Virus record (IMG/VR): IMGVR_UViG_3300048996_000163
Location: 1 to 64,000 of that record
Source of the DNA: a virus
DNA: 64,000 bases
Direction: 5' to 3' (one strand)
Position numbers and translations under genes: made by a program. The notes under the pieces were generated by a model. The model worked only from the letters and a program-made list of their open reading frames with translations. It did no database searches and had not been told where the DNA came from. This document shows, piece by piece, positions 35,528 to 45,580 of this stretch (its first letter is position 1; every line of letters begins with the position of its first letter).

Positions 35528-37804
35528 GTGCTCGCATTGGGCCGCTCCCGTACCCGTCGCCGCCCGATCGTCGCCGTCGAGTCAGCCTCCTCCGGTGACC
35601 TGACCCGCGCGATCAACAACCTGGAGCTGGCCGAACGCCGGCTTACCGACGGGCGCCTCGACCCGCTCCGCGAGTCGACGTCGGAGCTTGAGCAGCGCCT
35701 GTACGACCCGGGCTGGCGCCGCTTCACCGTCGAGGTGGAGCAGGAGTTCACCGACGACGGCCGCCGGCAGATGCGGTCCGTGTGCCGCCTCATGTCGATC
35801 GTCAACCCGCTGCTGGTCAGAGGGGTCGGTCTCCGCTCGGCGTACATCCACTCCGGTGGCGTCCAGCGCACGGCCCGCGCCAACGGTAAAGACGACGCCA
35901 ACGAGCAGGACGTCCAGGCTGTCGTCGCCGCGTTCCTGACCGACGAGGGCAACGCCCGCTCCTTCACGAGCCCAGCCGCCCGCGACCGGCTGGAGCATTC
36001 CCTCGCCACCGACGGCGAACTCTTCGTCGCGTTGATCACCCGCCCGTTGACCGGCGAGGTCCAGACCCGCGTCATCCTCGCCGACGAAATCGCGGACATC
36101 ATCTGCAACCCCGAGGACCGCACCGAACACTGGTACTACAAGCGCTGCTGGACGGAACGGCAGTACGCCAAGGACGGCACCCCGACCGACGTGCCGCAGG
36201 AGATGCTGTACCCCGCTGTCGACTACCGTCCGGCCCGCCGCTTCCGCCAGTTCGCCGGCATGCCGGTCGCGTGGGACAAGCCGGTCCTGCACATTGCCGT
36301 GAACCGCCCCGAGCACTGGTTGCACGGCATTCCCGACGTGTACAGCGCGATCAACTGGGCCAGGGCCTACAAGACGTTCCTCGAACAGTGGGCGACCGTC
36401 ATGGCGGCCCTGTCGAAGTACGCGTGGAGAACCACGGCCGCCGGTTCGAAGCAGGCGAAACAGATCCGCTCCGCCGTCACGGCGGCGAACCCGTACCGTC
36501 CCGAGACGGCGGGACCCGGCGACCTTGGCCAGATGGTCGTCACTGCCGCCGACCAGACCCTCGAGGCGATCCCGAAGTCCGGCGCGACAATCGACGCCGA
36601 GTCCGGCCGGCCCCTGGCGATGATGGCCGCCGCCGCACTCGGCATCCCGGTGACGATGCTCCTCAGCGACCCGGGCCAGACCGGTGCCCGCGCGGTCGCG
36701 GAGACCCTGGATCAGCCGACCGAGCTGACGATGAACCAGCGCCGTGAGGTGTGGACGGCCGCCGACGACCGGATCCTCCGCTACGTGATCGCTGAGGCGG
36801 TCCGAGCACCGAAGGGCCCGCTCAAGGGCAGGATCACGCGGGACCGCTTTCGTGACCGCGAGGTGGTTGAGCTCGACGGCGACACCGACCCGACGGTCGA
36901 CATCGTCTGGCCGGACCTGTCGGACACGACCGTCAAGGAGAAGATCGACGCGATCGTCTCCGCGGCCGGCACCGGTACGCTCCCGCCCGAGCTTGTCCTG
37001 CGACTGGTCCTCGCCGCGATCGGTGTTCGTAACGCTGACGCGATCATCGCGGAGATGGTCAAGGACGGTGTATTCCTGTGGCCGTCGACCGGCCCCGCGC
37101 CCGGCGCAACAACCGGTGTCATTCCATCCGACGGTACCGTCGACGGCCAAGGACTCCCGGCGGGCGCGGGCATGCCGGATCAGAACCCGGCCCAGCCTGG
37201 TCAGCTCGCCGCCGCCGCGGTCGAGCACGCGGCGTCCGGTGCCTGGTCCGCCCTCGACGCTGACGCTGCCTCGCTCGCCGCTGCCGCCCAGGCGGACGCC
37301 GTCCCTGCCGGCGACCTGCCTGCGTGGTGGGCGGACGCGGACGCTGTCGACGACGACTGGCGTGTGGATGCCGCGCTCGCTCGCGGCGCTGACATCGCGG
37401 AAGCGTACGGCTCGCAGCACGCCGGCGACGACGAGGATGCGTTGCGCCGCGGGTATGACATCCTCACGGCCGAGGCTCAGCTCACCGGCGGGCAGGCGCC
37501 GACCTTCGAAGTGTTCGCCGCTGCTGCTCGTGCGGCCGGGGAGTACACGCCGACGGTCCAGATCGACAACCGGGTCGTCGCGACCGCGGTGCGTGTCGGG
37601 TCGTACGCGGCGACCGTCGGCGACCCGATCACCACCTGCCCGTACCAGGGTGCGGACCCCGGTCAGGCGGCGCTGCGCAGGGTGTGGCTGAGCGCTTACC
37701 TGCGCATCCGGCCCGCGGGCCCGGCCGTGGCACGTGACGCTGCGGCTTCTTCCGACGCCGAGTCTCCGGCCTCGACCGAGGATGCAGGTGACGGCCGTGG
37801 CTAA
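35528..37804 (+). CDS. Portal protein with long C-terminal extension
   Basis: Follows TerL; NPLL.RG, DGELF, GIPD....I.WA..Y, A.GIP...L.DP. Confidence 0.85.
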   Translation: MLALGRSRTRRRPIVAVESASSGDLTRAINNLELAERRLTDGRLDPLRESTSELEQRLYDPGWRRFTVEVEQEFTDDGRRQMRSVCRLMSIVNPLLVRGVGLRSAYIHSGGVQRTARANGKDDANEQDVQAVVAAFLTDEGNARSFTSPAARDRLEHSLATDGELFVALITRPLTGEVQTRVILADEIADIICNPEDRTEHWYYKRCWTERQYAKDGTPTDVPQEMLYPAVDYRPARRFRQFAGMPVAWDKPVLHIAVNRPEHWLHGIPDVYSAINWARAYKTFLEQWATVMAALSKYAWRTTAAGSKQAKQIRSAVTAANPYRPETAGPGDLGQMVVTAADQTLEAIPKSGATIDAESGRPLAMMAAAALGIPVTMLLSDPGQTGARAVAETLDQPTELTMNQRREVWTAADDRILRYVIAEAVRAPKGPLKGRITRDRFRDREVVELDGDTDPTVDIVWPDLSDTTVKEKIDAIVSAAGTGTLPPELVLRLVLAAIGVRNADAIIAEMVKDGVFLWPSTGPAPGATTGVIPSDGTVDGQGLPAGAGMPDQNPAQPGQLAAAAVEHAASGAWSALDADAASLAAAAQADAVPAGDLPAWWADADAVDDDWRVDAALARGADIAEAYGSQHAGDDEDALRRGYDILTAEAQLTGGQAPTFEVFAAAARAAGEYTPTVQIDNRVVATAVRVGSYAATVGDPITTCPYQGADPGQAALRRVWLSAYLRIRPAGPAVARDAAASSDAESPASTEDAGDGRG

Positions 37805-39515
37805 GGGGCACCCGTCGTCGTGCGCGACCGCCGAACTCGGGTCCGTCTGTCACTGCGAATGTGCCGGTGTCCGGCACTCGTGGCTCGGCGGCAGCGTCCC
37901 GTCTGCGGTGAAAGCCCCGCAGGGTGGCTTGCCTGCTGTGAACGGCGCGAACGTCGCGCAGACGGCCGGCGGCCTGGGTGGGCTGAGCGGGGAGAAGCCT
38001 CCGCCGCCAGTGTCTCCGACCGAACCGGCTACGCCGGCCGAGCCCGCGGCAGAGCCGCAGCAGGCGACACCGTCAGACGAAGCCCCTGCGGACGGGCCGA
38101 GCGTCGATACGCTCACCGGCGACGCCGTGCGCAACGCCGCCCCGCTCAGCTGGGTCCGGAACCAAGCCGACCTCACCGACGAGCAGCACCTGGGTCTCGA
38201 CGAGTACCGGCGCGCCGGTTACCGGCCGATCAACCACCTGCTCCGCGGCGGTGACGCCGACGGCCTGGCCGATTTCTACGTCGACGAGGCCGAGGTTCAG
38301 GGCTGGATCGGCGGCATCGACTCGGCGATGGAATCGTCCCCGCTGGCCGACGACGTCATCGTCTGGCGCGGTCACCGCAATGGGCCGCGAATGTTCGGCG
38401 ACAGCTTCAGCGGCGACCTGACCGGCATCGAATGGCGCGAGGCCGCGTTCGTGTCAACGTCGTCGGACGAGACGGTCGCGACCGGGTTCGCCCGCGAGCA
38501 CTCGACGACCAGCACGCCCGCCGGTTCAGTGGTGATGCGGCTCGTCACCCCAGCAGGTACGGGCGCGGTTGAACTGTCCGACGGGTCGTACGAGTCGGAG
38601 ATGCTCCTGGATCGCGGCCACCGCTACCGGGTGGTCGCGGACCGTGGTGTCGACGGCGACGGTGTCCGCCAACTGGATGTGGAGGTCCTCCCGCGTGACG
38701 ACCGCACGGAAGACACCGAAGAAGACGGCGCGGGCGGGTCCGACGTCGGCGAGGGAGCGTCAGGCGGGGAACTACCGGCCGCCGATCCTGGCCCCGCCGA
38801 AGGGCGGCCCGATCCCGACGTGGGTGGAGGCGACTCCGCCGAAGGCCTGACCGGTCCGGCCGCCGATGACCGCCCCTACCACGAACGTGTCGACGAAGCC
38901 CTCACCGAGGTCGAGGCCCGCACGTCGCCGCCGCTGTCCCGGATGCGTGAAGGCGCCCGCGCGCTGACCGACGACGAGCGGGAACTCGTCGAGGAGTACA
39001 TGGGCGAGGGCTTCCTACCGATCAACCATGTGCTCCGCGGCGGTGACCCCTCGGCACTGGAACGCTGGGACCGGCGCGACCGCGGCTACGACCTGACCCC
39101 AGAGGTCATCGACAGCTGGACCGGCGCCCTCGACGCGTTGATGGCGGAATCCCACCTGCCGCAGCCGATCATCACGTGGCGTGGAATGCGCAACGGCGAC
39201 ACCCTGTTCGGCGACTCATTCGGCGATGATCTGACCGGCGCCGAATGGTCCGACCCGGCGTACTCGTCGACGTCGACGGACGAAGATGAAGCTGTCGCGT
39301 TCGCGCAGGACCAGATCGGCAACGCCGTGCCGGGGTCGACGGTGATGCACATCCTGGTGCCGTCCGGCACGGGTGCGCTGGAGCTGTCCGACCACAACTA
39401 CGAGTCCGAGGTGCTGCTGGAGCGGGGCCTGCGGTTCCGGGTCGTGACCGACTGGGGCATCAACGACAACGGCGTCCGCGTCCTCGACGTGGAGGTGATC
39501 CCCGATGGCAGTTGA
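37797..39515 (+). CDS. Tandem VIP2/C3-like ADP-ribosyltransferase (two domains)
   Basis: Twice IN..LR...WRG...STS...ESE.LL.RG (R-S-ExE). Confidence 0.9.
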   Translation: MAKGHPSSCATAELGSVCHCECAGVRHSWLGGSVPSAVKAPQGGLPAVNGANVAQTAGGLGGLSGEKPPPPVSPTEPATPAEPAAEPQQATPSDEAPADGPSVDTLTGDAVRNAAPLSWVRNQADLTDEQHLGLDEYRRAGYRPINHLLRGGDADGLADFYVDEAEVQGWIGGIDSAMESSPLADDVIVWRGHRNGPRMFGDSFSGDLTGIEWREAAFVSTSSDETVATGFAREHSTTSTPAGSVVMRLVTPAGTGAVELSDGSYESEMLLDRGHRYRVVADRGVDGDGVRQLDVEVLPRDDRTEDTEEDGAGGSDVGEGASGGELPAADPGPAEGRPDPDVGGGDSAEGLTGPAADDRPYHERVDEALTEVEARTSPPLSRMREGARALTDDERELVEEYMGEGFLPINHVLRGGDPSALERWDRRDRGYDLTPEVIDSWTGALDALMAESHLPQPIITWRGMRNGDTLFGDSFGDDLTGAEWSDPAYSSTSTDEDEAVAFAQDQIGNAVPGSTVMHILVPSGTGALELSDHNYESEVLLERGLRFRVVTDWGINDNGVRVLDVEVIPDGS

Positions 39516-40392
39516 GCGGGGGTTCACTTCGGCGGCCGAGCGGCAGGCAGCGGTGCCGGCTGAACTGCTGGTGCAGCCGGCGGGTGGCCCGGTCCCGACG
39601 TGGGCCGGCGGCCCGAAGCGCGGCAAGGCCAAGAAGCAGGTAATGGCGACCCACGTGGAGTCGGTGACCGGGTCGGGCTATGACGCAGCTCGTGTCGCCG
39701 CGGAGTTGGCGTCGGCGGTGGCAAGCTTCCTCAATGCCTGGCCGTCGCTGGCCGGGCCGCTCGTCAACGGTCTCGTCTCCGATGTCGCGTCGCTCGCCGC
39801 GGGTGGTGTCGGCGGGCTGGCGTCGCTGACTGCTGGCGCGGCTGCGATTGCTGCGGTCGGTACAGCGCTCGGCAAGGCGACGCGTGGGCTGGCGAAGCGG
39901 TCGGCGAAGCGGGCTGCCGGCGAGGTGTCGGCGCTCGGCGTTAAGGCGTCGGAGGGTACAGCGGACAGCGAAGCCCTGCAGGGGCAGGCGGACGTGACCG
40001 CGCACCTGATCGGGCAGACGTTGGCCGGGTCGGCGACCCGGACGGCGCTGCTGCACGTTGGCCGCGAGGCGGACGAGATCGCCGCCGCGGTCAAGGCGGA
40101 TCTTGAGGAGATCGCCGACCTGAGGTCGGGCGGGTACATCCTGCAGAACCTGGAGTCGGCGCTCGCCGCCGCTCAGGGCGCGGGCCGGATGGCGACGTTC
40201 GCGCAGGTCGAGGACAAGATCCAGCTCATGGCCCGAGAATCCCCTGGGGCTTGCGCCGTTTGTGAAGCCGAAGACGGCAAAGTCTATGCGTCCTTCGCCG
40301 CCGCCGCGAAGGCGTACCCGCAGGGCCGCCATGTCGGCTGCCTCGGCCGCAGCAACTGCAGAGGCGGGCTCCAGCCCGTCGTTCGCGCCTGA
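39505..40392 (+). CDS. MuF-like minor head protein
   Basis: Helical body then CAVC...DGK.Y......YP......CLG..NCRG; in the head module. Confidence 0.6.
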   Translation: MAVERGFTSAAERQAAVPAELLVQPAGGPVPTWAGGPKRGKAKKQVMATHVESVTGSGYDAARVAAELASAVASFLNAWPSLAGPLVNGLVSDVASLAAGGVGGLASLTAGAAAIAAVGTALGKATRGLAKRSAKRAAGEVSALGVKASEGTADSEALQGQADVTAHLIGQTLAGSATRTALLHVGREADEIAAAVKADLEEIADLRSGGYILQNLESALAAAQGAGRMATFAQVEDKIQLMARESPGACAVCEAEDGKVYASFAAAAKAYPQGRHVGCLGRSNCRGGLQPVVRA

Positions 40393-40454
40393 TGGTCAAA
40401 GCCGAGACTGCCGGTCGTACAACCTTCGTCGCCCGATCATGCGGAGGAGGCGTC

Positions 40455-40547
40455 GTGCACTGCGAATGCTGCACGTGGGACACCCGCGGCCGGCACTGCG
40501 ACATGTGCCACGAAGAGCTTCCTGCCGAACAGATGGCTGAACGGTGA
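40455..40547 (+). CDS. Tiny zinc-ribbon peptide (30 aa)
   Basis: GGAGGAGG RBS; HCECC...HCDMCH. Confidence 0.4.
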   Translation: MHCECCTWDTRGRHCDMCHEELPAEQMAER

Positions 40548-40640
40548 CCGTCGTCAACGGCAGTTCCGTCCTGATCCGGCGCCGCGTCCAGCTTACCGGC
40601 TCATGGACATCAACCTCGCAGGTCTGAGCACGTCAAGGGG

Positions 40641-42053
40641 GTGGGGATGACACCCACCGTCGACCTGGCTCAGGCGGAAGCGGCCGGGGCGCTGACCGAA
40701 CGTGGACTCGACGGCTTCGACGTGAACCAGGTTCGCAACGACGACGGCGAATGGGCGACAGGCGGCGCATCGAACGGCACCGCCGCGGGGATGGCGGCAG
40801 GTGAGGACCGTCTCGGTCTCGCCGGGCGCATCCAGTTCGGCGATGGCGAACGCCTCATCTCGTCCGACCGGCTCGCACCAACCCTGGACTCCGACGCCGA
40901 CCTGCTCTTCGCCGTCGTTGACGGACCCGACGGCCGCGAGCTCCGCATCAGCGCCGGCCCTTACGGCGACGACAGTGGTGTCGAATGGGACGGCGCCGGC
41001 GAGTTCACGGCGAGGCTCGACCCGCGCAGCCTCCGCCGCCTCCGCAACGACCTCGACGACGCCGGCAGGGCCGCCCGCGAGGCCGCCAAGGAAGCCGACG
41101 CAGCCTGGGACTCCGGCGGTCAACCCGACGAAAAGCTGTACGACAGGGCGGTCGTCGACGGCCACGTCGGCAACGTCCACTACGAGATGTGGCTCACCGA
41201 CGACGAACCGACGTCGTGGGTGACGCACCTGTACACCCCGTCCGCCGGGCCGCCGGGCGAAACGGACGACGGTGTGCGGCTCAACCCGAAGGACCTGAGG
41301 AAGCTGCTGGCCAGGCTCGGCCAGGTCGACACGGCCCTCACCGAAGCTGAGGCGGCGGCACTCAGCGGCGCGATGATCGCGCTCATCCCGGCAGAGTCTG
41401 ACGCGGTCCGCCTCGCTGTTGACGGCGGCGAACCGGCCAGCGAGTTGCACTGCACCCTCGCCTACCTGGGCAACGCCGCCGACCTCGACGCCGCAAAGCG
41501 GCAGGACGTCATCGACTCGGCCACCACCGCCGTCAATGGGCTGCCAATCGTCGACGCTGACGTGTTCGCGCTGTCAGTGTTCAACCCCGGCTCGACAGAC
41601 CACGATCCGTGCCTGGCGCTCGGCCTCACCGGCGGGATGCTCGCCGCCGTTCACGCCCTGATCGTCGGGTCGCTGCCGCACCTGCCGGTGCAGCATGCAC
41701 CCTGGGTGCCGCACATCACGGTGCAGTGGGGCGGGGGCCCGTCCGCGCTCGCGGAGCTGACCGACCGGATCGGGCCGGCCCGGTTCGACCGGCTCCGGAT
41801 CGCTCTCGGCGGCCAGACCATCGACGTCCCGCTCCTCGCCGAAGAGAACACCGAAGAGGACACCGACGGCTTCGAACTCCCCGGCGGTGACTGGTCGCTT
41901 GTCGAGACTGACGGCGACGGCAACAACCTGCGTACGTACCAGCGGATGGCCGAGGCGCACCACCTGGAGCAGCCCTCGGGCTCTGCGCAGCCGATGGCCG
42001 AGGCTGCTGGGCCTGTCGCCCTCGTCGAGGCCGGCCAGTTCCTCACCTTCTGA
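40641..42053 (+). CDS. Head-module protein with C-terminal 2H phosphoesterase domain
   Basis: ELHCTLAYLG and WVPHITV (two HxT motifs); N-terminal FD.NQ.R..DGEW..GG. Confidence 0.8.
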   Translation: MGMTPTVDLAQAEAAGALTERGLDGFDVNQVRNDDGEWATGGASNGTAAGMAAGEDRLGLAGRIQFGDGERLISSDRLAPTLDSDADLLFAVVDGPDGRELRISAGPYGDDSGVEWDGAGEFTARLDPRSLRRLRNDLDDAGRAAREAAKEADAAWDSGGQPDEKLYDRAVVDGHVGNVHYEMWLTDDEPTSWVTHLYTPSAGPPGETDDGVRLNPKDLRKLLARLGQVDTALTEAEAAALSGAMIALIPAESDAVRLAVDGGEPASELHCTLAYLGNAADLDAAKRQDVIDSATTAVNGLPIVDADVFALSVFNPGSTDHDPCLALGLTGGMLAAVHALIVGSLPHLPVQHAPWVPHITVQWGGGPSALAELTDRIGPARFDRLRIALGGQTIDVPLLAEENTEEDTDGFELPGGDWSLVETDGDGNNLRTYQRMAEAHHLEQPSGSAQPMAEAAGPVALVEAGQFLTF

Positions 42054-42096
42054 ACCAGTCCCTACCTTTCGACGCGCGCCGGGAGGTCGCTCGCCC

Positions 42097-43674
42097 ATGC
42101 CCAAGCATCGACCTCCACGACGCGCCTTCACCCCACGAACCCCCGGCCAGCAGCCGGGGGTTCCGCATTTCCGGATCAAGCTGCGGGAATCAGCGGTGAC
42201 CGCCGAGCGGGCCAGTCTGATTGAGACGAGCCTCGGCACCGTCAGCCAGTCGGGCCGGATGCTCATCCAGCTCATCAACGAGGGCCGGGGCTCCTCGGGC
42301 GCCTACGCCGCCGCCGTCCTCGAAGAGGCCGCCAGGAACCGGATCTTCGGCCGCGGGCTCGCCATCCACGCAAATCACCCGACGGCGGAAGAAGAAGAGA
42401 GCCGGCCCGAACGCAACGTCCTGGACTGGGTCGGGCAACTCGTCGAGGACGCCCGCTACGACCCGGTACGACGTGCGCTCATCGCCGAGGCGCAGATCTT
42501 CCAGCCGTGGCGGGGTGTCTTCCTCGACCCCGACTTCGCCGCCGCCGTCGGCCTCTCCATCAGGGCGTCCGGCGTCGCCGAGCACGGCACGTTCGAGGGT
42601 CAACCCGCGCTCATCGTCAAAGAAATCACCGAAGCGCAGTCCGTTGACTTCGTCACGAAGGCCGGCCGCGGCGGCAAGGTCCTCGCCCTGCTCGAGTCGG
42701 CCCGCACGAAGCTCGCCGAGTCACCGACGGAACAGATCCGGGTCGCGCTCGAACGCGCCGTCCGGGCGGCCTACGGCGTCGGCGAGCACCGCTACGCCTG
42801 GATCCGCGACTTCGACCCTGACCGGGCAGTCGTCTGGTTCGACACGGACGCCGACGGCGACAGCACCCAGACCGGCACGTGGGAGCAGACGTACGCCACG
42901 AACGGCATCGACGTGGCCCTGCTCGGCCCGCGCCGGCAGGTGACCGCGGTGACCGTCTACCGCCCCGTCGCCGACGTCCCCACCGAGGCCATCGCGTTCG
43001 GCGAGTCGGCTGAACCCACCACCGCAGATGTGACGGACGGCGCCCCGCCGACCGGCAGCACCACACCCACCACCACCGAGGAGGGCCCCGACATGTCGGG
43101 TACCAGCACCGGCGCGACCGCGTCGGCTCCGGCGGGGACGGCACCGGTCGTCGACACCGCCGCAATCCAGATCGAGGCCCGCGAGGCCGCGACCGCCCGC
43201 GACAAGGCCGCCGCGGAGCGCGACACGGCGCTGCAGGAGGCCGCGGCGCAGAAGGACCGCGCCGACAACGCCGAGGCCGAGCTCCGCCGGTTCCGGGCCG
43301 TCGAGTCCGCCCGGCCGCTCGTCGCCGCGCAGCTCGCCGAGGCTGGTCTCCCGGCCGCCGCGCAGGCGAAGGTCACGGCGGGCGTCACCGCCCGGGTGCC
43401 GCTGACCGAGTCCGGTCAGCTCGACCAGAACGCGCTCCGCACCCTCGTCGAGGCGGAGGTGACCGCGGAGAAGACGTACCTGGCGCAGCTCGCCGAGGCG
43501 GCCGGCGCCGGCACCGTCACCGGCTTCGGGCAGCAGGCGCAGCCCGCCGCGCAGACGCCGGCGTCGTGGGTAACCCCGGCGGCCGAGCCGAACGCCGCCC
43601 TGATCGAGGCATACCGCGCTCGTGGCCTCGACGCCAAGGCCGCCGAGGCTGCCGCCCGCGGTCGCGCGGTCTGA
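42097..43674 (+). CDS. Capsid maturation protease/scaffold fusion
   Basis: LI.EG.GSSG.Y, NHPT, VGLSIRA.G, SVDFVT.AGRGG, then an Ala/Glu-rich coiled coil. Confidence 0.85.
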   Translation: MPKHRPPRRAFTPRTPGQQPGVPHFRIKLRESAVTAERASLIETSLGTVSQSGRMLIQLINEGRGSSGAYAAAVLEEAARNRIFGRGLAIHANHPTAEEEESRPERNVLDWVGQLVEDARYDPVRRALIAEAQIFQPWRGVFLDPDFAAAVGLSIRASGVAEHGTFEGQPALIVKEITEAQSVDFVTKAGRGGKVLALLESARTKLAESPTEQIRVALERAVRAAYGVGEHRYAWIRDFDPDRAVVWFDTDADGDSTQTGTWEQTYATNGIDVALLGPRRQVTAVTVYRPVADVPTEAIAFGESAEPTTADVTDGAPPTGSTTPTTTEEGPDMSGTSTGATASAPAGTAPVVDTAAIQIEAREAATARDKAAAERDTALQEAAAQKDRADNAEAELRRFRAVESARPLVAAQLAEAGLPAAAQAKVTAGVTARVPLTESGQLDQNALRTLVEAEVTAEKTYLAQLAEAAGAGTVTGFGQQAQPAAQTPASWVTPAAEPNAALIEAYRARGLDAKAAEAAARGRAV

Positions 43675-43690
43675 GAAGGAGAACCCAGAC

Positions 43691-44056
43691 ATGGCGAAGA
43701 ACATCGTCCGCGAGCTCGGCAACCAGCTCGCCGTCACCGTCACCGTCCCGACCGTGCCCGTCTCGGGTGACCCGGTCCGTTGGGGCGTCAAGGCCGGCGT
43801 GGCGCTCACCGACGAGGGCGCCGACGGCCGGACCACCGTGAAGTTCGACGGGACCGCGCTGCTGTCCGTGAAGGGCATCACCGACTCCGGCACGAACAGC
43901 GCGGTCACCGAGGGGCAGGCCCTCTACTACTCCGACGGCGACACCCCGCCGGTGTCGAAGAAGTCCAACGGCACGAACTCCACCCTGATCGGCCACGCCA
44001 TGGGTGCGGTCGGTTCCGGTGCGACGGCCACCATCGAAGTCCGGCTCGCGGGCTGA
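43691..44056 (+). CDS. Capsid decoration/cement protein (DUF2190-like)
   Basis: MAKN...G......SGDPV..G...GVALTD...G.ALYY...IG.A...I.VRL. Confidence 0.85.
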   Translation: MAKNIVRELGNQLAVTVTVPTVPVSGDPVRWGVKAGVALTDEGADGRTTVKFDGTALLSVKGITDSGTNSAVTEGQALYYSDGDTPPVSKKSNGTNSTLIGHAMGAVGSGATATIEVRLAG

Positions 44057-44067
44057 GGAGAAGACAC

Positions 44068-45225
44068 ATGACCACAACCCTGTTCTCCGAGGCCGTCACC
44101 CGCATCGATGCGGAGTCGGCGTCGATCGCGACCCTGTTCGGCGACCGGACGGTGGTGGCTCGGCGTCGAAGCTCCGCCGAGCAGCAGCGTTACGAGCAGA
44201 ACCTGCTGGAGGCGGAGCGGTTCCTGGACGAGATCCGAGTCGGCCGCCGCCCGATCCACCACTTCCAGGAGGCGATGTCGACCTCCGACTTCCCGCTGTA
44301 CTTCACCGACTCCCTGGACCGTCAGGTGTACGGCGCGTACATGGCGACGGAGCCGACGTGGAAGAACTACGCCCGGTCGGCGACGGTCAACGACTTCCGG
44401 AAGGTGAAGCGGTTCGCTAGCAACGGCATCCGTGGCCGGCTGTCGAAGGTGAAGGAGCTGGAGGAGCACAAGCGGCGCGGCGCTTCGATCGACGAGTACG
44501 AGTACTCGATCGACAAGTACGAGGCCGGCTTCGGGCTCTCCTTCGAGATGATGATCAACGACGACCTGGACCTGTTCATGCGCCTGCCGCAGGACCTGGC
44601 CCAGTCGGCGATCGACTCCGAGGAGCTGTTCGTCACCGAACTGTTCTGCGGTCCGTCCGGCCCGATCACGCCGTTCTACAGCAGCGGCAACAACAACCTC
44701 CTGACGGGCAACCCGGCCCTGACCCGCTCGTCGCTGCAGGCGGCACTCACGCTCCTGTCGAAGCGTGTCGACGCGATCGGCATGCCGATCGCGATCAAGT
44801 CGGTGCGGCTCGTCGTCGGCCCGGGCCTCGCCCTGGCTGCGCAGGAGATCATCGAGGCGACCGAGTACCACTCCGTCGGCCCGTCCGGTGATGTGACGAT
44901 CATCCGCGGCAATGGTGTCAGCGCAAACCTCGGGGTTGACGTCAACTTCTTCATCCCGACGGTCGCGACGACCGCGAACGCGGACACGTCGTGGTGGCTG
45001 TTCGCGAACCCGGCCGACGGTCGTCCGGCGCTGGAGTTCGGTCGTCTGCGCGGCTACGAGGCGCCGGCGCTGTACGAGAAGATGCCGGACACGCAGCGCG
45101 TCGGCGGCGGCACGGTGCCGTGGTCGTTCAACCACTCCGCGGCGGAGAAGAAGATCGTCCACTGCTATGGCGGGTCCCAGGTGGACAGTCGCATGAGCGT
45201 GGCCTCAGCGGGCAACGGTAGCTGA
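44068..45225 (+). CDS. Major capsid protein (Mu gpT-like, HK97 fold)
   Basis: EAMSTSDFP, VNDFR, KY...FGLSFEMMINDDL, LVVGP.L, WWLFA.P, LRGYEAP. Confidence 0.9.
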   Translation: MTTTLFSEAVTRIDAESASIATLFGDRTVVARRRSSAEQQRYEQNLLEAERFLDEIRVGRRPIHHFQEAMSTSDFPLYFTDSLDRQVYGAYMATEPTWKNYARSATVNDFRKVKRFASNGIRGRLSKVKELEEHKRRGASIDEYEYSIDKYEAGFGLSFEMMINDDLDLFMRLPQDLAQSAIDSEELFVTELFCGPSGPITPFYSSGNNNLLTGNPALTRSSLQAALTLLSKRVDAIGMPIAIKSVRLVVGPGLALAAQEIIEATEYHSVGPSGDVTIIRGNGVSANLGVDVNFFIPTVATTANADTSWWLFANPADGRPALEFGRLRGYEAPALYEKMPDTQRVGGGTVPWSFNHSAAEKKIVHCYGGSQVDSRMSVASAGNGS

Positions 45226-45229
45226 CCCG

Positions 45230-45580
45230 ATGGCTGAACTGCCCCGGGCGGTGAGCACCGACCACGAGTTCTACGCCCACCACAGCGAACAGCTCGTCCG
45301 CATCGCCGACGCGATCGACGAGCAGAACGAGCTCCTGCGTCAGGTGCTCACCGCCCGGCAGGCAGACCAGCGCGACGTCACGGAGGTGTCCGCCGATGCG
45401 GGTCCCATGGCGGTCGAACTCCGTGAACCAGACCCCCCCAGCAAGACCAGTACCAAGGCAGCGCCTCCCGAACCGGCCAGCACCCCGGCACCGCCGGAGC
45501 CTGAGCCGGCCGCTGTTGACGAGAAGAAGCCCACCCGCACGGCCCGCGGTGGCCGCCGTAGCACGAAAGCAGGCAACTGA
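45230..45580 (+). CDS. Hypothetical protein
   Basis: ORF following the capsid gene; VELREP motif and Pro-rich tail. Confidence 0.6.
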   Translation: MAELPRAVSTDHEFYAHHSEQLVRIADAIDEQNELLRQVLTARQADQRDVTEVSADAGPMAVELREPDPPSKTSTKAAPPEPASTPAPPEPEPAAVDEKKPTRTARGGRRSTKAGN

